A stretch of 64,000 nucleotides of DNA from an uncultured delta proteobacterium (GTDB lineage Bacteria; Myxococcota_A; Polyangia; Palsa-1104), in the NCBI GenBank assembly GCA_963785725.1, contig CAWAWS010000015.1, forward strand, positions 352,001-416,000, written 5' to 3'. The notes under the pieces are model-generated. The model did no database searches. It worked only from the letters and a program-made list of their open reading frames with translations, and was not told where the DNA came from. Both the position numbers and the translations under genes were made by a program. Shown piece by piece: positions 43,218 through 56,860 of the stretch (positions within the stretch are counted from its first letter, which is position 1; each line of letters begins with the position of its first letter).

Positions 43218-43697
43218 GTGAGCACGTTCGACGAGCTGACCGAGTTTCAGGCGCTCAGTATCAAAGTGTCGGACAAGACGGCCAGCGACACCGAGCGCGC
43301 GCGTTGGCGCGATCTGCGCGAGCATTTGCGCGCGGCGACGCCGCCGGTGCCGTCGGCGACGCAAGCCGCGCCGCGGCGAACGCGCAAGCTCAAGGTCGGC
43401 TACGCGGCGATCGAGGAGCTGCACGCGACGTTCACCGAGCAGCTGTCGACGACCGGTCTCGAGCTGCGGCTGCCGGCACACGTCAAGCCGGACACGACGA
43501 TGCTGGTGCGGCTGGAGTTGGGCGCGCCCGGTCCGCTCAACGTGACGGCGCGGGTGGCGTGGTGCCGTCGCGATGGCGGCCATTTCATCGCCGCGTTGGA
43601 GCTGCTCGGTCTGCGTGCCGACGAGCGCGAGCGAATCGAGGCGTGGCTGATCAGCGCTTCGGATCGAGGTCTCGATCCGTCAGCAGCTCGGACGTAG
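43218..43697 (+). CDS. Degenerate PilZ-like protein with N-terminal helical extension
   Basis: PRRTRK...QLSTTG...ARVAWCR...ALEL; c-di-GMP motifs are diverged. Confidence 0.65.
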   Translation: MSTFDELTEFQALSIKVSDKTASDTERARWRDLREHLRAATPPVPSATQAAPRRTRKLKVGYAAIEELHATFTEQLSTTGLELRLPAHVKPDTTMLVRLELGAPGPLNVTARVAWCRRDGGHFIAALELLGLRADERERIEAWLISASDRGLDPSAART

Positions 43698-43845
43698 CCG
43701 CGCGACCGGGCGCTTTGTCGCGCGCATAACGATCGATGGCGCGCGCTTCGGGCAGCCGCGCGGTCAGCTCTTGCGCGTAGGCGTCGTCGGGGAAGAGGCT
43801 GACGTGCGCGACGTGCAGCGCGCGTAATCGCAATCGCGAGCTCAT
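43651..43845 (-). CDS. Possible small hypothetical protein (64 aa)
   Basis: MSSRLRLRALHVAHVSLFPDDAYAQELTARLPEARAIDRY...; weak SD GGAAG; overlaps the 3' end of the opposite-strand gene. Confidence 0.3.
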   Translation of the reverse strand: MSSRLRLRALHVAHVSLFPDDAYAQELTARLPEARAIDRYARDKAPGRAATSELLTDRDLDPKR

Positions 43846-43907
43846 GAGTGCACTTCCAATGACATCGACAACAACGAGAACGCGCGCGACGATCGGCGCG
43901 TGAACGG

Positions 43908-43992
43908 AAAAAACCGCAGCTCGCCCCGACGTCGCCGGCATACGCCGACGAGGGGGGCATCGACGTCGCGCGCGACGTCGGGGGAGACTGCG
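43908..43992 (-). terminator. Long GC stem followed by U6, terminator/attenuator-like
   Basis: 43915-43935 pairs with 43972-43992 (with bulges); A6 at 43908-43913 on the plus strand. Confidence 0.4.
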
Positions 43993-44339
43993 CGCCGCCG
44001 GAGGGGGGTCGGCGGCGTACCAGAAATGTCATCGCCGGCTGCCAAAGACGGCGCGCCAGCCATCGGGGCAATGGCGGCGGCGCGTGCGCTGGCGGTCGAA
44101 AACAACATGACTCTCACCAAAGCAAGTCGCAGGCCGTTTGGCGACAGCGGGAATACAGGGGCTTACATCAGCCACAGGCATCCAAAGCGGGGTCAACTGA
44201 CCTTGACTGGGGGATTCGATCCACACACGCGAGGTTGCGCACGCGTTCTGTCGTCGTTCGGCTGTCGTTCGGGCAGGCCTGGCGAGCGATTCGTGGCACG
44301 ATAGGCGCGCGTGCGTTTGTCACGCCTACGCCCTAGCCT

Positions 44340-45506
44340 ATGTCGACGACGCCTCGCCGCACGCTCGCAGTCACGCTCGTTCTTGCCGCCGTCGGCTGCC
44401 ATGCCGAGCATCACGCCGCCACGACCGACATGATGTCGTCGTCGGTGTCGGGCCCGACGCCGCCGGTCGAGCCGCGCGCCGCGACCGATCATCCAGCGGC
44501 GTGGCAGGTTCACGATAACGGCGGTCCGATCCAGCCGGCGCCGCGCGTCTACACCGTCATCTGGCCGGGCTCGGAGCAGATCGGGCAAGAGGTAGAGCAG
44601 TTCGTGAGCTGGATGTTGACGAGCGACTACTTCACGACGTCGCTGGCCGAATATGGTGTCGGCGCCGGGCAGAGCATGGGGCTCATCGTGCTGCCGAACG
44701 CGGCGCCGGCGACGATGATGGACGCCGACATTCAAGCGCTCGTGAAGCAGCTCGTGGAGAACGACCAAGTCGATCCGCAAAACGACGCCAACACGCAGGT
44801 GGCGTTCATCATTCCGCCCACGACGACGGTCGTGGTGAGCGGCGAATCGACGTGCAATCAGATCGCCGGCTATCACGAGTCGCCGTCGACGTCGCTGCCG
44901 ATCATCGCCTACGACGTCATCGCCGATTGCGACACCAGCGCCACCGAGCTCGACGGCCTGACCAAAGTGCTGAGCCACGAGATCGCCGAGGCGGCGACCG
45001 ATCCCTTGCCGAACACGGGCTTTGCCGCCGAGCCGCCCAAAGCGCAAGAGATCAGCGATCTGTGTAACTTCGGCGAGGACTTGCCGATCGACGTGCCCGG
45101 TAATCCGCCGCAGCGTTATTGGGTGCAGCGGCAATATTCGAACGCGGCGGCGGTGGCGGGCAATCGCGAGCCGTGTGTGCCGCTGCCGTGGACGCGGCCC
45201 TATTGGGGCGCCGCGCTCTATCCGCGCACGCAGACGATCGCGACCTCGAAGTCGCCGCAAGTGGTGCAGACGTGGATGGAGCCGTTCGCGTACGGCGACG
45301 TGGGGACGATCCTGTGGGAAGTGCTCTCCGCGGATGACGGCATCATCGTCGATCCCGAGTCGGGCGTCTCGCAGGCGGGCGACACGATCCCGATTCGCGT
45401 CACCATCGCCGATCCGTCGAAGCCGCACGTGTACGAGCTCGACATCGAGTCGCAGTCGGCGACGGCCGGCGCGAGCTTGTGGTTCACCTACGTCGTCGTG
45501 CAGTAG
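44340..45506 (+). CDS. Lipoprotein with GYH...SHExxExxTDP motif (Phi-1/EXORDIUM-like)
   Basis: LAAVGC lipobox; AGYH, LSHEIAEAATDP, EISDLC, VQRQYSN. Confidence 0.75.
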   Translation: MSTTPRRTLAVTLVLAAVGCHAEHHAATTDMMSSSVSGPTPPVEPRAATDHPAAWQVHDNGGPIQPAPRVYTVIWPGSEQIGQEVEQFVSWMLTSDYFTTSLAEYGVGAGQSMGLIVLPNAAPATMMDADIQALVKQLVENDQVDPQNDANTQVAFIIPPTTTVVVSGESTCNQIAGYHESPSTSLPIIAYDVIADCDTSATELDGLTKVLSHEIAEAATDPLPNTGFAAEPPKAQEISDLCNFGEDLPIDVPGNPPQRYWVQRQYSNAAAVAGNREPCVPLPWTRPYWGAALYPRTQTIATSKSPQVVQTWMEPFAYGDVGTILWEVLSADDGIIVDPESGVSQAGDTIPIRVTIADPSKPHVYELDIESQSATAGASLWFTYVVVQ

Positions 45507-45510
45507 GCGC

Positions 45511-49279
<3,769 letters not shown>

Positions 49280-49446
49280 TGCAAGCGCGGCGCCCAGTCA
49301 ATGCGTAGTGGTTCTAGTAGCTTGAAGGGTGGGAGCCGCTGCGATCGGGGAGTCGGCCCTCGGGTCTGTTGTCCCAGTAGTCAAAAAGCGTACGCCGACG
49401 GTGCCGGCGATCCGATCGACTGTGCAGTCTGCTATTTTGCCGCGCC

Positions 49447-50457
49447 ATGTTGAGCTTCATTGCCGAGCGAGCCAGAGAAGACGCCGACGCGCTCGTCCGT
49501 CCGAGCGGTGAGCGGCTGACCTACGCGTCGTTGGCCATGGCGTCAGCGGCGGTAATGCAGGCGCTCGACGGACGTGTAGGCGAGATCGGCCGCCGCCTGG
49601 TCGGCATCGCCGTCGCCGATGCGGCCGGCTTCGTGGCGTCGCTGTTGGCGGTGTTGGAAGCGGGCGGCGTGGCGATGCCGCTCGATCTCGGGCTCGGTGA
49701 GGCGGCGCTGCAGGCCGAAGTCGAGCGGCTGCGCGCGGTCGCCGTCATCGTCGGTGACGCGGACGAGGACCGGCTCGACGTCATCGCCGGCGACGCCGCT
49801 CGCCGCGAGCTGCCGCCGGAGTCGGCGCTGGCGCTGGCCGCCGACGGCCAGCGCGCCATCGTCGGCGCGCGGCCGCTCGGTCGCGCCGTCGATGCCATCG
49901 TCGCCGATGCGGCGTGGACGGCGGCGACGCGCACGTCGCTCTACGGCGATCTGTCGCGTCCGGCGCTGCTGGTGCCGCTGTTGGCCACGCTGCGCGCCGG
50001 CGGCACGCTCGTCGATGGCGGCGCGCCCGCGACCACGACGGCCTGCGACTTGGCCGAGGCGCTGCGCATCGGCACGTTCGCCGAGGGCATCTTGCGTCCG
50101 CTGCCCGGCTGCGACTTCGTGTTCGCCGACGGCGAGCTGCTCGTCGACTGCCCGTGGCCGATGCTCGGCTATCTCGACGACGAAGCGGCCACGCGCGCCG
50201 CCTTCGTCACGCAGGGCGGCAAGCCGCTCGTGCGCGCGTCGTTCGCCATCGAGCGCCGCTTGGCCGCGCAGCCGGGCGTGCGCGAAGCGGCGCTGCTGGC
50301 GTTTCCGTACGCGGGCGGCGCGCGCTTGGCCGGCTTCGTCAGCGGCGCCGACGCGACGTTCGGCGGCGCGAAAGTGGCGACGCTCGAGTCGCTGCCGCAC
50401 AGCGCCGACGGCACCATCGATCGCGTCAAGCTGCGCCGCATGTCGACGGCTGATTAG
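49447..50457 (+). CDS. Degenerate AMP-binding (ANL superfamily)-like protein
   Basis: RLTYASL, RPLPG, GELLV, MLGYLDDEAAT, QPGVREAA and LPHSADGTIDR are retained; the P-loop, YGxTE and TGD motifs are absent. Confidence 0.65.
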   Translation: MLSFIAERAREDADALVRPSGERLTYASLAMASAAVMQALDGRVGEIGRRLVGIAVADAAGFVASLLAVLEAGGVAMPLDLGLGEAALQAEVERLRAVAVIVGDADEDRLDVIAGDAARRELPPESALALAADGQRAIVGARPLGRAVDAIVADAAWTAATRTSLYGDLSRPALLVPLLATLRAGGTLVDGGAPATTTACDLAEALRIGTFAEGILRPLPGCDFVFADGELLVDCPWPMLGYLDDEAATRAAFVTQGGKPLVRASFAIERRLAAQPGVREAALLAFPYAGGARLAGFVSGADATFGGAKVATLESLPHSADGTIDRVKLRRMSTAD

Positions 50458-50514
50458 GGGCTGCCCGGCCCCTAGCGCATAGCCAAGCGGCGCGATTCGC
50501 GTTACTTGACGGAG

Positions 50515-51222
50515 ATGGCGCTGATCTTCGAGCAGCTGTTCGATCCCGAGTCCTCGACGTTCACCTATCTCGTCGGCGATGGTGCGGCGGGCGTCGGCGT
50601 GCTCATCGATCCGGTGCTGGAGCAGCTCGAGCGCGACATCGAGCGCATACAGTCGCTAGGGCTGCGGCTCGTGCACACGCTGGAGACGCACGTGCACGCC
50701 GACCACGTGACCGGTGGCGGCGAGCTGACCGCGCGGCTCGGCGCCATGCCGCTCGTGCACGCGACGAGCCCGATCACGTGTGAGGCGCGCCGGGTCGTCG
50801 ACGGCGATCGCGTCGCCCTCGGCGGCTTGACGTTGCGCGTGCTCGAGACGCCGGGCCACACGCCGGAGTCGGTCAGCTTCGTGCTCGACGGCGAGGTGGC
50901 GTCTGTGTTCACGGGCGACGCGCTGCTCATCGGCACCTGCGGTCGCACCGACTTTCAAGGCGGCGACGCCGGCGCGTTGTGGGATTCGGTGCACCAAAAG
51001 CTGTTCACGCTGCCCGACGCCACCATCGTCTTCCCCGCGCACGACTACAACGGCCGCGTGCGCTCGACCATCGGCGACGAAAAGCGCGCCAACAAGCGCC
51101 TCGCCGGCCACTCGCGCGACGAGTTCGTGACGCTCATGAACGGCCTCGGCCTGCCGCCGCCCAAGAAGATCGACGTCGCCTTGCCCGCCAATCTGAGCTG
51201 CGGGCGCGTCAAGCAAGCCTAA
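50515..51222 (+). CDS. MBL-fold hydrolase, ETHE1/persulfide dioxygenase-like
   Basis: [50 protein letters not shown]. Confidence 0.88.
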   Translation: MALIFEQLFDPESSTFTYLVGDGAAGVGVLIDPVLEQLERDIERIQSLGLRLVHTLETHVHADHVTGGGELTARLGAMPLVHATSPITCEARRVVDGDRVALGGLTLRVLETPGHTPESVSFVLDGEVASVFTGDALLIGTCGRTDFQGGDAGALWDSVHQKLFTLPDATIVFPAHDYNGRVRSTIGDEKRANKRLAGHSRDEFVTLMNGLGLPPPKKIDVALPANLSCGRVKQA

Positions 51223-51287
51223 GACACGACCGACTCGCGACGCCGGAAGCCGTCGGTGATATGGTGAGTCACCCCGGGTGGGGGCTC

Positions 51288-53402
51288 ATGCCACGCGACC
51301 TGCCTATCGGCAACGAACGTCTGTTGATCCTGTTCGACGACGATTACGTCATCCGCGACTTCTATTATCCGAACGTCGGCAAGGAGAACCACGCCGGCGG
51401 CTATCCGTTCCGCTTCGGCGTCTTCGTCGACGGCAAGTTCTCGTGGGTGCGCCGCGACACCGGCTGGAAGATCGCGCGCGGCTACGAGCGCGACACGCTC
51501 GTGACCGACGTCGTCTGCACGCACGACGAGCTCGGCCTCACCTTGCACTGCTCGGACTGCGTCGACTTTCACGAGACGTTACTGGTGCGCAAGGTTCGCG
51601 TCGTCAACAAGAGCGACCGCGAGCGCGAGGTGCGGCTCTTTTGGCACCTCGACTTCCGTATCAGCGAATCCGACGTCGGTGACACCGCCGCCTACGAGCC
51701 CGACACGCAGACCGTCACGCACTACAAAGGCTTCCGCTACTTCATGGCCAACGTCATGGTCGACGGCAAAGCGGGCATCGAGCGCTTCGCCATCGGGCAA
51801 AAAGGCGCGCCCGGCCGCGACGGCACCTGGCGCGACGCCGAGGACGACGGCAACCTCGGCATGAACCCGATCGCGCAGGGCGCCGTCGACAGCGTGGCCG
51901 CGGCCGCGACGAGGGTGCCCGGCAACGGCGAGAAGCTCGTCTACTACTGGATCGCCGTCGCCAAAGTGTGGGAAGGCGCGTGGGACGGCGCCAAAGAGCT
52001 GAACCTGAAGGTCGTCAAGCGCCATCCCGAGTCATTCATCGCGCGCACGCGATCGTATTGGCGCTTGTGGGTCAATAAGGAGCCGACCGAGTTCTTCGGC
52101 CTGCCGCCGTCCATCGTCGACCTCTACAAGCGATCGTTGCTCATCATTGCGACACATGTCGACGAGGGCGGCGGCATCATCGCGGCCAACGACTCCGACA
52201 TCATGCACTTCGCGCGCGACACCTATTCGTACGTCTGGCCGCGCGACGGCGCGCTCGTCGCCCACGCGCTCGACATGGCCGGCTACGGCGAGATGAGCTA
52301 TCGCTTCTTCGCCTTTTGTGCCGACGTCATCAAGCCCGAGGGCTACCTGCTGCACAAGTACAACCCGGACCGGTCGCTGGCGTCGTCGTGGCATCCGTGG
52401 GTGGCGGGGCCGATTCAGAAGCCCGGCATGTCGCAGGCCGATCTGAAGCTCGGGCGCGCGCAGCTGCCGATTCAGGAGGACGAGACCGCGCTCGTCGTGT
52501 GGGCGATGTGGCGTCACTTTCAGCGCTATCGCGACATCCAAACGATGAAGCCGCTGTACGGTCGCTTCATCCGCAGGGCCGCCGACTTCATGTGCGGCTA
52601 TCGCGAGCCGCACACGAAGCTGCCCGCGCCTTCCTACGACTTGTGGGAAGAGCGGCGCGGCATCTTGACGTTCACGTGCGCCGCCGTGCACGGCGGGCTG
52701 ACCGCGGCGGCCGAGTTCGCGCGCGCCTTCGGCGACGACGAGCACGCCGAGCGCTACGCCGCCGCCGCCGCCGAGATCCGCGCCGGCATGGACGCGCACC
52801 TGTGGCGCCCCGAGCTCGACCGCTTCGCGCGCATGGTCACCGTCGACGACGACGGCGTCGTCACCGTCGACGCGACGATCGACGCCTCCCTGTATGGCGC
52901 GTTCGCGTTCGGCGCCTATGCTCCCGACGATCCGCGCATCGAGTCGACCATGAAGCAGGTGCGCGACCGCTTGTGGTGCAAGACCGAGGTCGGCGGCGTG
53001 GCCCGTTACGAAGGCGACTACTACCACGCCGTCAGTCAGGACACGCGCAACGTCCCGGGAAATCCTTGGTTCATCTGCACGATGTGGCTGGCGTTGCATA
53101 TCGTGCACAAGGCCAAGACGGTCGAGGAGCTGCAGCCGGCGGTCGAAATCCTCGAGTGGGTCGATTCGCGGAAGCTGCCGTCGGGGGTCTTGGCCGAGCA
53201 GGTGAATCCTTACACGAATGCGCCCATGAGCGTGTCACCGCTCACCTGGAGCCATGCCACGGTCGTCGACGTGGTGCAGTCGTATCTCGAAAAACGCGAG
53301 AGCGTCGAGCGCTGTCCGACTTGCGGCGGGCCAAAACGGCGCAAGATCGAAGGGTACGAGCGCAGCGATTCGGCAACGCCAACCGATCCGCACACTCACT
53401 AG
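51288..53402 (+). CDS. Glycoside hydrolase family 15 (glucoamylase/oligosaccharide amylase-like)
   Basis: YSYVWPRDGA, QEDET, YDLWEE, ARYEGDYY, NPWFIC, LAEQ, LTWSHA. Confidence 0.92.
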   Translation: MPRDLPIGNERLLILFDDDYVIRDFYYPNVGKENHAGGYPFRFGVFVDGKFSWVRRDTGWKIARGYERDTLVTDVVCTHDELGLTLHCSDCVDFHETLLVRKVRVVNKSDREREVRLFWHLDFRISESDVGDTAAYEPDTQTVTHYKGFRYFMANVMVDGKAGIERFAIGQKGAPGRDGTWRDAEDDGNLGMNPIAQGAVDSVAAAATRVPGNGEKLVYYWIAVAKVWEGAWDGAKELNLKVVKRHPESFIARTRSYWRLWVNKEPTEFFGLPPSIVDLYKRSLLIIATHVDEGGGIIAANDSDIMHFARDTYSYVWPRDGALVAHALDMAGYGEMSYRFFAFCADVIKPEGYLLHKYNPDRSLASSWHPWVAGPIQKPGMSQADLKLGRAQLPIQEDETALVVWAMWRHFQRYRDIQTMKPLYGRFIRRAADFMCGYREPHTKLPAPSYDLWEERRGILTFTCAAVHGGLTAAAEFARAFGDDEHAERYAAAAAEIRAGMDAHLWRPELDRFARMVTVDDDGVVTVDATIDASLYGAFAFGAYAPDDPRIESTMKQVRDRLWCKTEVGGVARYEGDYYHAVSQDTRNVPGNPWFICTMWLALHIVHKAKTVEELQPAVEILEWVDSRKLPSGVLAEQVNPYTNAPMSVSPLTWSHATVVDVVQSYLEKRESVERCPTCGGPKRRKIEGYERSDSATPTDPHTH

Positions 53403-53411
53403 AGGGCTCCC

Positions 53412-54968
53412 ATGTCAGGACCGGCCGAAAGTCCGCACGAGAATCCGCTTCGCGAGGGTTTGCAGGGCGAGCGCATGCCGCCACCGACGACGATGGTGAT
53501 CTTCGGCGCGTCGGGCGATCTGACCAAGCGCAAGCTACTGCCGGCGCTCTATTCCTTGGCGCGCGACCGCTTGTTGCCGCCGGTGTTCAACGTCGTCGGC
53601 GTGGCTCGGCGCGACATCGGCGACGAGGCGTTCCGCAAGCAGATGCGCGATGGATGTGACAAATATGCGCGCCGGCGTCCGGTCGAGGAGACGCTGTGGC
53701 AGTCCTTCGAGCCGAACATCCACTACACGGCCGGCACCTTCGAGAGCGACGACACCTACAAGAAGCTCGAAGAGAAGCTGAACCAGATCGATCCCAAAGG
53801 CGAAACCGGGCGCGTCTTCTACTTGTCGACGCCGCCGTCGGAGTATCCGATCATCGTCAAGAAGCTGGGCGAGAGCGGGCTCATCAACAAGGGCGCCTAC
53901 ACGCGCGTCATCATCGAGAAGCCGTTCGGGCGCGACCTGGAGTCGGCCAAAGCGCTCAACAAAGAAGTGCACCAGCATCTGCGCGAAGATCAGACCTATC
54001 GCATCGATCATTATCTCGGCAAAGAGACGGTGCAGAACATCCTCGTCTTCCGCTTCGCCAACGGCATTTGGGAGCCGCTGTGGAACGGCCGTTACATCGA
54101 TCATGTGCAGCTGACCGTCGCCGAGGCGATCGGCGTCGAAGGGCGCGGCGGCTACTTCGAGCAGGCCGGCATCGTGCGCGACATGGTGCAGAACCACATG
54201 TTCCAGTTCTTGTGTCTGATGGCGATGGAGCCGCCGGTCGCGTTCGAGGCCGAGTCGGTGCGCGACGAGAAGCTGAAGGTGCTGCAGTCGCTCAGGCCGC
54301 TGCCGGTGACGCCGGAAGAGCTCGGCAAGCTCGTCGTGCGCGGGCAGTATTCGCAGGGCTTCGTCAACGGCGAGGAGGTCATCGCCTATCGCGACGAGGC
54401 GGGCGTCGACAAGCAGTCGAACGTCGAGACCTTCGTCGCCATCAAGCTGCACATCGACAACTGGCGCTGGGCGGGCGTGCCGTTCTACTTGCGCGCCGGC
54501 AAGGCGCTGCCGAAGCGGGTCACCGAGATCGCGATTCACTTCAAGCGCGCGCCGCACTCGCTGTTCTCGAACGGCCCGAAGTCGCGCGGCCGGCTGGCCG
54601 ACGAGCCCAACGTGCTGACGATCCGCATCCAGCCCGACGAAGGCATCTCGCTCAAGTTCTTCTCCAAGGTGCCGGGTCCGACGATGGATCTGTTGCCGGT
54701 GCCGATGGAGTTCCGCTACGGGACGTCGTTCGGCTCGGAGCCGCCGGAGGCCTACGAGCGGCTCATCTTGGACTGCCTGCTCGGCGACGGCACCTTGTTC
54801 ACGCGCGGCGATGAAGTGGAAGCGTCGTGGACCTGGATCGATCGCATCGAGAAGGCGTGGGCGACGGGACCGAAGCCGCAGCTGCCGAATTACGAGGCCG
54901 GCAGCTGGGGTCCGACGGCGGCCGACAAGCTCATCGAGGACGACGGGCGCGTCTGGAGAAAGCCGTGA
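53412..54968 (+). CDS. zwf: Glucose-6-phosphate 1-dehydrogenase
   Basis: IFGASGDL, EKPFG, RIDHYLGKE, DMVQNH, RWAGVPFYLRAGK, YERL. Confidence 0.98.
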   Translation: MSGPAESPHENPLREGLQGERMPPPTTMVIFGASGDLTKRKLLPALYSLARDRLLPPVFNVVGVARRDIGDEAFRKQMRDGCDKYARRRPVEETLWQSFEPNIHYTAGTFESDDTYKKLEEKLNQIDPKGETGRVFYLSTPPSEYPIIVKKLGESGLINKGAYTRVIIEKPFGRDLESAKALNKEVHQHLREDQTYRIDHYLGKETVQNILVFRFANGIWEPLWNGRYIDHVQLTVAEAIGVEGRGGYFEQAGIVRDMVQNHMFQFLCLMAMEPPVAFEAESVRDEKLKVLQSLRPLPVTPEELGKLVVRGQYSQGFVNGEEVIAYRDEAGVDKQSNVETFVAIKLHIDNWRWAGVPFYLRAGKALPKRVTEIAIHFKRAPHSLFSNGPKSRGRLADEPNVLTIRIQPDEGISLKFFSKVPGPTMDLLPVPMEFRYGTSFGSEPPEAYERLILDCLLGDGTLFTRGDEVEASWTWIDRIEKAWATGPKPQLPNYEAGSWGPTAADKLIEDDGRVWRKP

Positions 54969-56089
54969 GCACGCCAGCCGACAAAGGCGATCATCTCGCC
55001 GAGTTCGAGCGCGGCGACGCCATCGAAGTGCCGGTCGGTCGCATCGAGGCCGAATTGGGCGGGCTGTGGCGGCGCGCGGCGCAGACGACCGGCAAGCCGA
55101 AAGCGGTGACGCGCGCCTGCTTGTGGAACCTCGTCATTCGCGTGCCCGACGCCGAGCATTTCTCCGCCATCAAGCGGCTCGTCGACGAGCTGTCGCAGCG
55201 GCTGCCGGCGCGCACGATCGTGACGCGGCCCGAGCTGCACTCGCCCGACGGCCTGCGCGCCTGGGTCGAGGCCAACTGGCGCCGTCCCGAAGGCACGGGC
55301 GCGGCGTCGGGCTCGGACGAAGTGACCTTGTGGGCGGGCGGCGCGCAAGTCGAGCGCTTGTCGTCGCTGGTGCGGGCGCTGCTCTATCCGGACGCGCCGA
55401 CGGCGATGTATTGGCCGGGCGCGCTGCCGGAGAAGCTGCGGCCGCACCTGCGCGAGCTCATCCACGAGGCCGATCGGCTCATCGTCGACACGCGCAAGCT
55501 GGTCGACGAGCACGGCTTGGGGCAGCTGTGCAGCATCGCCGCCGCCGATCCCGACATGGAGCTGGCCGATCTGTCGTGGCTGGGCATCTCGCCGCTGCGC
55601 GGAATCTTGGCGTCGCTGTTCGATCCGCCGCGCGATCCGACGCAGCTGCAGCGCATCGATCGCGCCCGCGTCACGTCGAACATTCAAGGCACGCAAGCGC
55701 GCGGCCTGTTGGCGCTCGGTTGGCTCATGTCGCGGCTCGGCTGGCACAACGCGCGCCGCCTGCCCGACGGTAAGTCGCTGCGCAGCTGGCAGCTCGAGCG
55801 CGGCGACGGCAAGGCGGTTCGTCTCGAGCTGGCGACGGCGACCGGGTCGTCGACGCACGGCGTGGCCGGCCTCGAGCTCTTCGCCGGCGCCGGCAACGAC
55901 GACCGCTGGGCCTTGACGCGCGACGACTGCATCCACATCCGCTGCCCCGGCCTGCCGCCGCGCATGCAGCCGGCGCGCAGTCACGGCGACGCCGAGCTCT
56001 TGGCCTCGGCGCTCGGCGCGCGCGGTCGCGATCCCATGTACAAGCAGGCGCTGGCCTCGGCGGCCGCGCTCGTGGAGGCCACAGCATGA
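54965..56089 (+). CDS. opcA: G6PDH assembly protein
   Basis: IEAELGGLW...TRACLWNL, PARTI, PDAPTAMYW, LIVDT, ADLSW, LGWLMSRLGW; GTGA overlap with zwf. Confidence 0.88.
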   Translation: MSTPADKGDHLAEFERGDAIEVPVGRIEAELGGLWRRAAQTTGKPKAVTRACLWNLVIRVPDAEHFSAIKRLVDELSQRLPARTIVTRPELHSPDGLRAWVEANWRRPEGTGAASGSDEVTLWAGGAQVERLSSLVRALLYPDAPTAMYWPGALPEKLRPHLRELIHEADRLIVDTRKLVDEHGLGQLCSIAAADPDMELADLSWLGISPLRGILASLFDPPRDPTQLQRIDRARVTSNIQGTQARGLLALGWLMSRLGWHNARRLPDGKSLRSWQLERGDGKAVRLELATATGSSTHGVAGLELFAGAGNDDRWALTRDDCIHIRCPGLPPRMQPARSHGDAELLASALGARGRDPMYKQALASAAALVEATA

Positions 56090-56823
56090 CGCCCATCAAG
56101 ACCGCGCGCGGTGAAGTCTTCGTCTACGAGAACGCCGACGCCGTCGCGCACGCCGCTGCCGACGTCTTCGCCACCTGCGTCAAAGGCGTGCTCGCCGATT
56201 CGGCGACGGCCAAGGTCGCGCTGTCGGGCGGCTCGACGCCCAAAGCGCTCTTCAAGCTGCTGGCGTCGCCCAATTGGCGCGATCACATCGAGTGGAAGCG
56301 CATCGAGATCTTCTTCGCCGACGAGCGCTGTGTGCCGCCCGATCACGCCGACTCCAACTACCGGATGGCGCGCGAGACGCTGCTCGATCACGTGCCGCTG
56401 GCCGCCGATCACGTCCATCGCATCGCCGGAGAGCGTCCGCCGGCGGAGGCGGCGACGCATTACGCGCAGCTCCTGACGCGGCTCGGCGACCCGCCGCGGC
56501 TCGATCTCCTCTTGCTCGGCATGGGGCCGGATGGTCATACGGCGTCGCTGTTTCCGGGGACGGCCGTCCTCAACGAGCAGCGCGCGCTGGCGGCGCCGGT
56601 GTACGTGCAGCGGCTCGAGAGCTGGCGCGTGACGATGACGGCGCCGGTGTTGTCGGCGGCCTCGCACGTCATCGTGACCACGGTCGGCGACGAGAAGGCG
56701 AACGCGCTGGCGACGGCGCTCGCGGGTCCCGATGGCGCCGTGCCGATTCAGCTCGTGCACGCGCGTGACATGCGCTGGCTGGTGGACGAGGCGGCTGCGC
56801 AAAAGTGGCGCGCAAACCGTTAA
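56086..56823 (+). CDS. pgl: 6-phosphogluconolactonase
   Basis: ALSGGSTP, DERCVPPDHADSNY, LLGMGPDGHTASLFP, RVT. Confidence 0.96.
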   Translation: MTPIKTARGEVFVYENADAVAHAAADVFATCVKGVLADSATAKVALSGGSTPKALFKLLASPNWRDHIEWKRIEIFFADERCVPPDHADSNYRMARETLLDHVPLAADHVHRIAGERPPAEAATHYAQLLTRLGDPPRLDLLLLGMGPDGHTASLFPGTAVLNEQRALAAPVYVQRLESWRVTMTAPVLSAASHVIVTTVGDEKANALATALAGPDGAVPIQLVHARDMRWLVDEAAAQKWRANR

Positions 56824-56860
56824 CTTCATGTATGGTGCGCGCTTCTAAGGAGATACGGAA

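Noticed and set aside
44100..44230. tRNA, tmRNA, 6S or riboswitch (GGGGGATTCGATCC T-arm-like text)
   Set aside because: No cloverleaf, acceptor stem or recognisable aptamer could be built.
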